This document shows, piece by piece, positions 61,044 to 64,000 of a DNA stretch of 64,000 bases. This stretch comes from Malacoraja senta (taxonomy: Eukaryota), in NCBI GenBank assembly GCA_038087875.1, contig CM075989.1, forward strand, positions 5,518,001 through 5,582,000, in the 5' to 3' direction. Under the pieces are notes generated by a model. The model was not told the origin of the DNA and made no database searches. It saw nothing but the letters and a program-made list of their open reading frames with translations. Numbering within the stretch: the stretch's first letter is position 1; each line of letters begins with the position of its first letter. The translations under genes and the position numbers were made by a program.

Positions 61044-61177
61044 CTCTCTCTCTCATTTGGTTTCCACTTATTTATTTTTTTTGCACCACTTGCAACATTT
61101 CGCAGCATCTATCATTACCACGTTTAATGTTTACTCTATGAGCTTCATGCAAAAAGGGAACTTCATTGCACACACGT

Positions 61178-61930
61178 GAAACTCCAGATGCTGGAGCGCT
61201 CAGTAGGTCAGGAAGCATCTCTGGAGAACATGGATAGGTGACATTTCTGGTCGAGGCCCTTCTTCAGATTGATGATATACTTCAAGTAGCCATTGCTTTC
61301 CCTCTCTCTCCATCCCCTCCCCCTTCCCAGTTCTCCCACCAGTTTTACTGTCTCCGACTACATTCTATCTCTGTCCCGCCCCCTCCCCTGACATCAGTCT
61401 GAAGAAGGGTCTCGACCTGAAACGTCACCCATTCCTTCCCTCCAGAGATGCTGCCTATCCCGCTGAGTTACACCAGCATTTTGTGTCTATCTTCGATGGT
61501 AAACACCTTGGTATACATGACAATAAAAATAATCTGAATCTGGAAGGTTGGAGTTTGCACATTACTGGTCCAACAAGGTCCAGGGTTACCCTGGCAGATG
61601 TTGGAAACAGATCAAAGATAGACCAATTTTGAGTCGGGAGCCTTCTTCAGATTCTGAATCTTCAGATTCTTCACGGTCTGAAGAAGGGTCCCGATCCGAA
61701 ACGTCACCCATCCTTTTTCTCCAGAGATGCTGCCTAGCCCGCTGAGTTACTCCAGCACTTTGCGTCTATCTTTGGTATAAATCAGCATCTGCAGTTCCTT
61801 GTTTCTATACTTGGAGTTACTCCAACATTTTGTATCTATCACTGGTCACAATTCACGTCAGTGAATTGTGGCCAGAGATAGATACAAAATGTTGGAGTAA
61901 CTCAGCGGGTCAGGCAGCATCTCTGGATAT
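61178..61930. repeat. Penelope pLTR cluster in alternating orientation with hammerhead motifs (61399-61426, 61678-61705)
   Basis: CTGAAGAAGGGTCYCGAYCYGAAACGTCACC. Confidence 0.8.
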
Positions 61931-62473
61931 AATGTCTGGTCAAATGATCCTTCAGTTCTTCTACTCTGGGGCTGTAGAAAGCATCTTGTCCAGCAACATC
62001 TCAATCTGGTTTGGGAACAGCTCTGCCCAGGACAGGAAGGCTCTGCAGAGAGTGGTGCGTTCGGCCGAACGCACTATGGGAACAACACTCACCCCCCTGC
62101 AGGACCTATACACCAGGAGGTGCAGATCCAGAGCCAGCAACATTATGGGGGACCCCTACCACCCCAGCAACGGACTGGTCCAGCTGCTACTGTCAGGCAA
62201 ATGCCTCCGCTGTCACGTTGTGAAAACAGAGAGGATGAGACGGAGTTTCTTCCCACAGGCCGTCAGGATTGTAAAACTCTTATCTCACGAGGGACTAATT
62301 TACTAATTTCCTGTTGTGTTGTGTCTTTCTTTCTTTATTTTTTCTAAAATGTAAATACTGGTTTTGTTCTCTTCGGTTCTGTAGTTTTTGCACAATTCGC
62401 AGACATTGCCACTTTCATTTCACTGCACATCTTGTATGTGTATGTGACAAATAAAGTTGACTTGACTTGACTT
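61930..62473 (+). mobile_element. Rex1/Babar-type LINE 3' fragment
   Basis: ESILSSNISIWFGN..KALQRVVRSAER..HPSNGL..SFFPQAVR; tail gtgacaaataaa followed by (CTTGA)n. Confidence 0.85.
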
Positions 62474-62783
62474 CAGGGAATGAACGTCACTGGAAACAGC
62501 CAGTGCTGAGATAAAACCTGTCGATGGGCTTTTGTACACAATCTGCACGATGCACCGTGAATTCTAGCCAGAAATACACTCAGCACTGAGGTAGATGTTC
62601 TTTTGGATGATAGGCGGGGTCAAAGGTTTTGGGGGAAAATGCATAAAAGTGAGACTGAAGTGAATGACCAGGTCACCATTATCCTAATGAATGCAGGAGG
62701 AAGTTCAAGGGGTTTATTCTTAAGCTATTAAATTCAAACGGAAATAAAAATATGAAATAATTCATGTCTGGTTTGAAGCTTTA

Positions 62784-63355
62784 TGGGCCTGTCCCACTTA
62801 GGCGATTTTTTCGGCGACTGTCATAGTCGTAGCAGGTCGCCGAAGAACCGGCGACTGGAACCCCCCCGATGACAATGTCTACAACAACCTACCACCTAGT
62901 CGACGTCAAGCTAGGGCAAGCTACCGACAACCGGCGACGTATTAGGACGTCCACCTACGACCACTACTACGACAACCTACGACAACCGAAGTTAACTTAT
63001 GTCCACCCGCGACAAGCTACGACCCTGTCGGCGACAACAGCAGACAACTGAAGACAATTCAGTCGCTGGTACCTTACACCGGGTGACGTAGGTTGCCGTA
63101 GGTAGTCGCCAATGGAATTCACAGAAGCCAGCACCGGCAGCAACCTACATCATCCTGGCGACAACCTACGACAAGCCATCTGTCGCCGAAAAGTTTTGAA
63201 CATTTCAAAATCCAGCGACGACCAGAAAAACGCTACGACTCTTTGGGCGACCGAGGAGACTACTCACGACCATACAGGCGACACCCCGGAGACCGTGTGG
63301 CGACAGCCTAGTTGCCTGTAGTAGCCTAAAAAATCGCCAAAGTGGGACAGGGGCA
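62784..63355. mobile_element. PIF/Harbinger-type MITE (CGAC-rich)
   Basis: TTA|TGGGCCTGTCCCACTTAGGCGATTTTTT ... AAAAAATCGCCAAAGTGGGACAGGGGCA|TAA. Confidence 0.88.
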
Positions 63356-63366
63356 TAAGAAACAGA

Positions 63367-63670
63367 GCGGCAAAGTGGAGCAACGGTAGAGATGCTGCTT
63401 TACATCCCCAGAGACCCTGGTTTGATCCTGACTATGCTGTTGTCCGTATGGAGTTTGTACGTTCTCACTGTGACCTACGTGGGTTTTCTCACAGTACTCC
63501 GGTTTCCTCCCACACTCCAAAGACGTACAGGTTTGTAGGTTATTTGGCATCTATAAATTGTAAATTATCCCTAATGTGTAGGATGGTGCTAATGTACGAG
63601 GTGATCACTGGTTGGCACGGACTCGGAGGGCCGAAGGGCCTGTTTCCACGTTGTATCTCTGAAGTCTAAA
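63367..63670 (+). mobile_element. V-SINE
   Basis: Head, V-domain and tail. Confidence 0.85.
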
Positions 63671-64000
63671 TTTCTGACCTGTCGCACATTTCCTCCACTT
63701 CCCTTAAACTGATCTCCCAATTTCTAGAAGGTAGACACAAAATGCTGGAGTAACTCAGCGGGACAGGCAGCAACTCTGGAGAGAAGGAATGGGTGACGTT
63801 TCGGGTCGAGACCCTTCCCAATTTCAAGTGTCGTACAGCATGGAAACAGACCCCTTGTCCCAACTTGCCACGCCAACCAACATGTCCCATCTATTGTAGT
63901 CCCACCTATAAGGTCATAAGTGATAGGAGTAGAATTAGGCCATTTGGCCCATCATGTCCATTCAATCATGGCTGATCTATCTCTCCCTCCTAACCCCATT

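Overview
Eukaryotic, repeat-saturated DNA that looks intergenic or intronic. The repeat set (V-SINE/HE1-type SINEs, CR1/HER1-type LINEs, DeuSINE relics, Penelope pseudo-LTRs) points to a cartilaginous fish, probably a skate; this is inference. I found no convincing host protein-coding exon, and nearly all ORF-track entries are transposon-derived or spurious. Supported features are: one tRNA-Gly(GCC) gene; an internally deleted Gypsy LTR element; a near full-length but disrupted CR1 LINE nested in a Rex1/Babar LINE, itself nested in an older CR1; a Vingi-type LINE 3' end; a tandem non-autonomous Helitron; nine PIF/Harbinger-type MITEs; about 30 V-SINE copies or fragments; and many Penelope terminal repeats carrying minimal hammerhead ribozyme motifs. 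The most notable observations are four. First, a GC-rich non-autonomous retroposon family whose head is a consensus CTCF site, with a conserved internal hairpin and interchangeable LINE tails. Second, a Gypsy primer-binding site extended to about 45 nt of tRNA-Leu, with a mismatch exactly opposite m1A58. Third, a Helitron dimer carrying an array of eight YY1 motifs. Fourth, a tRNA gene lacking a terminator that runs into a SINE. All coordinates were read by eye, and boundaries of old elements are approximate.
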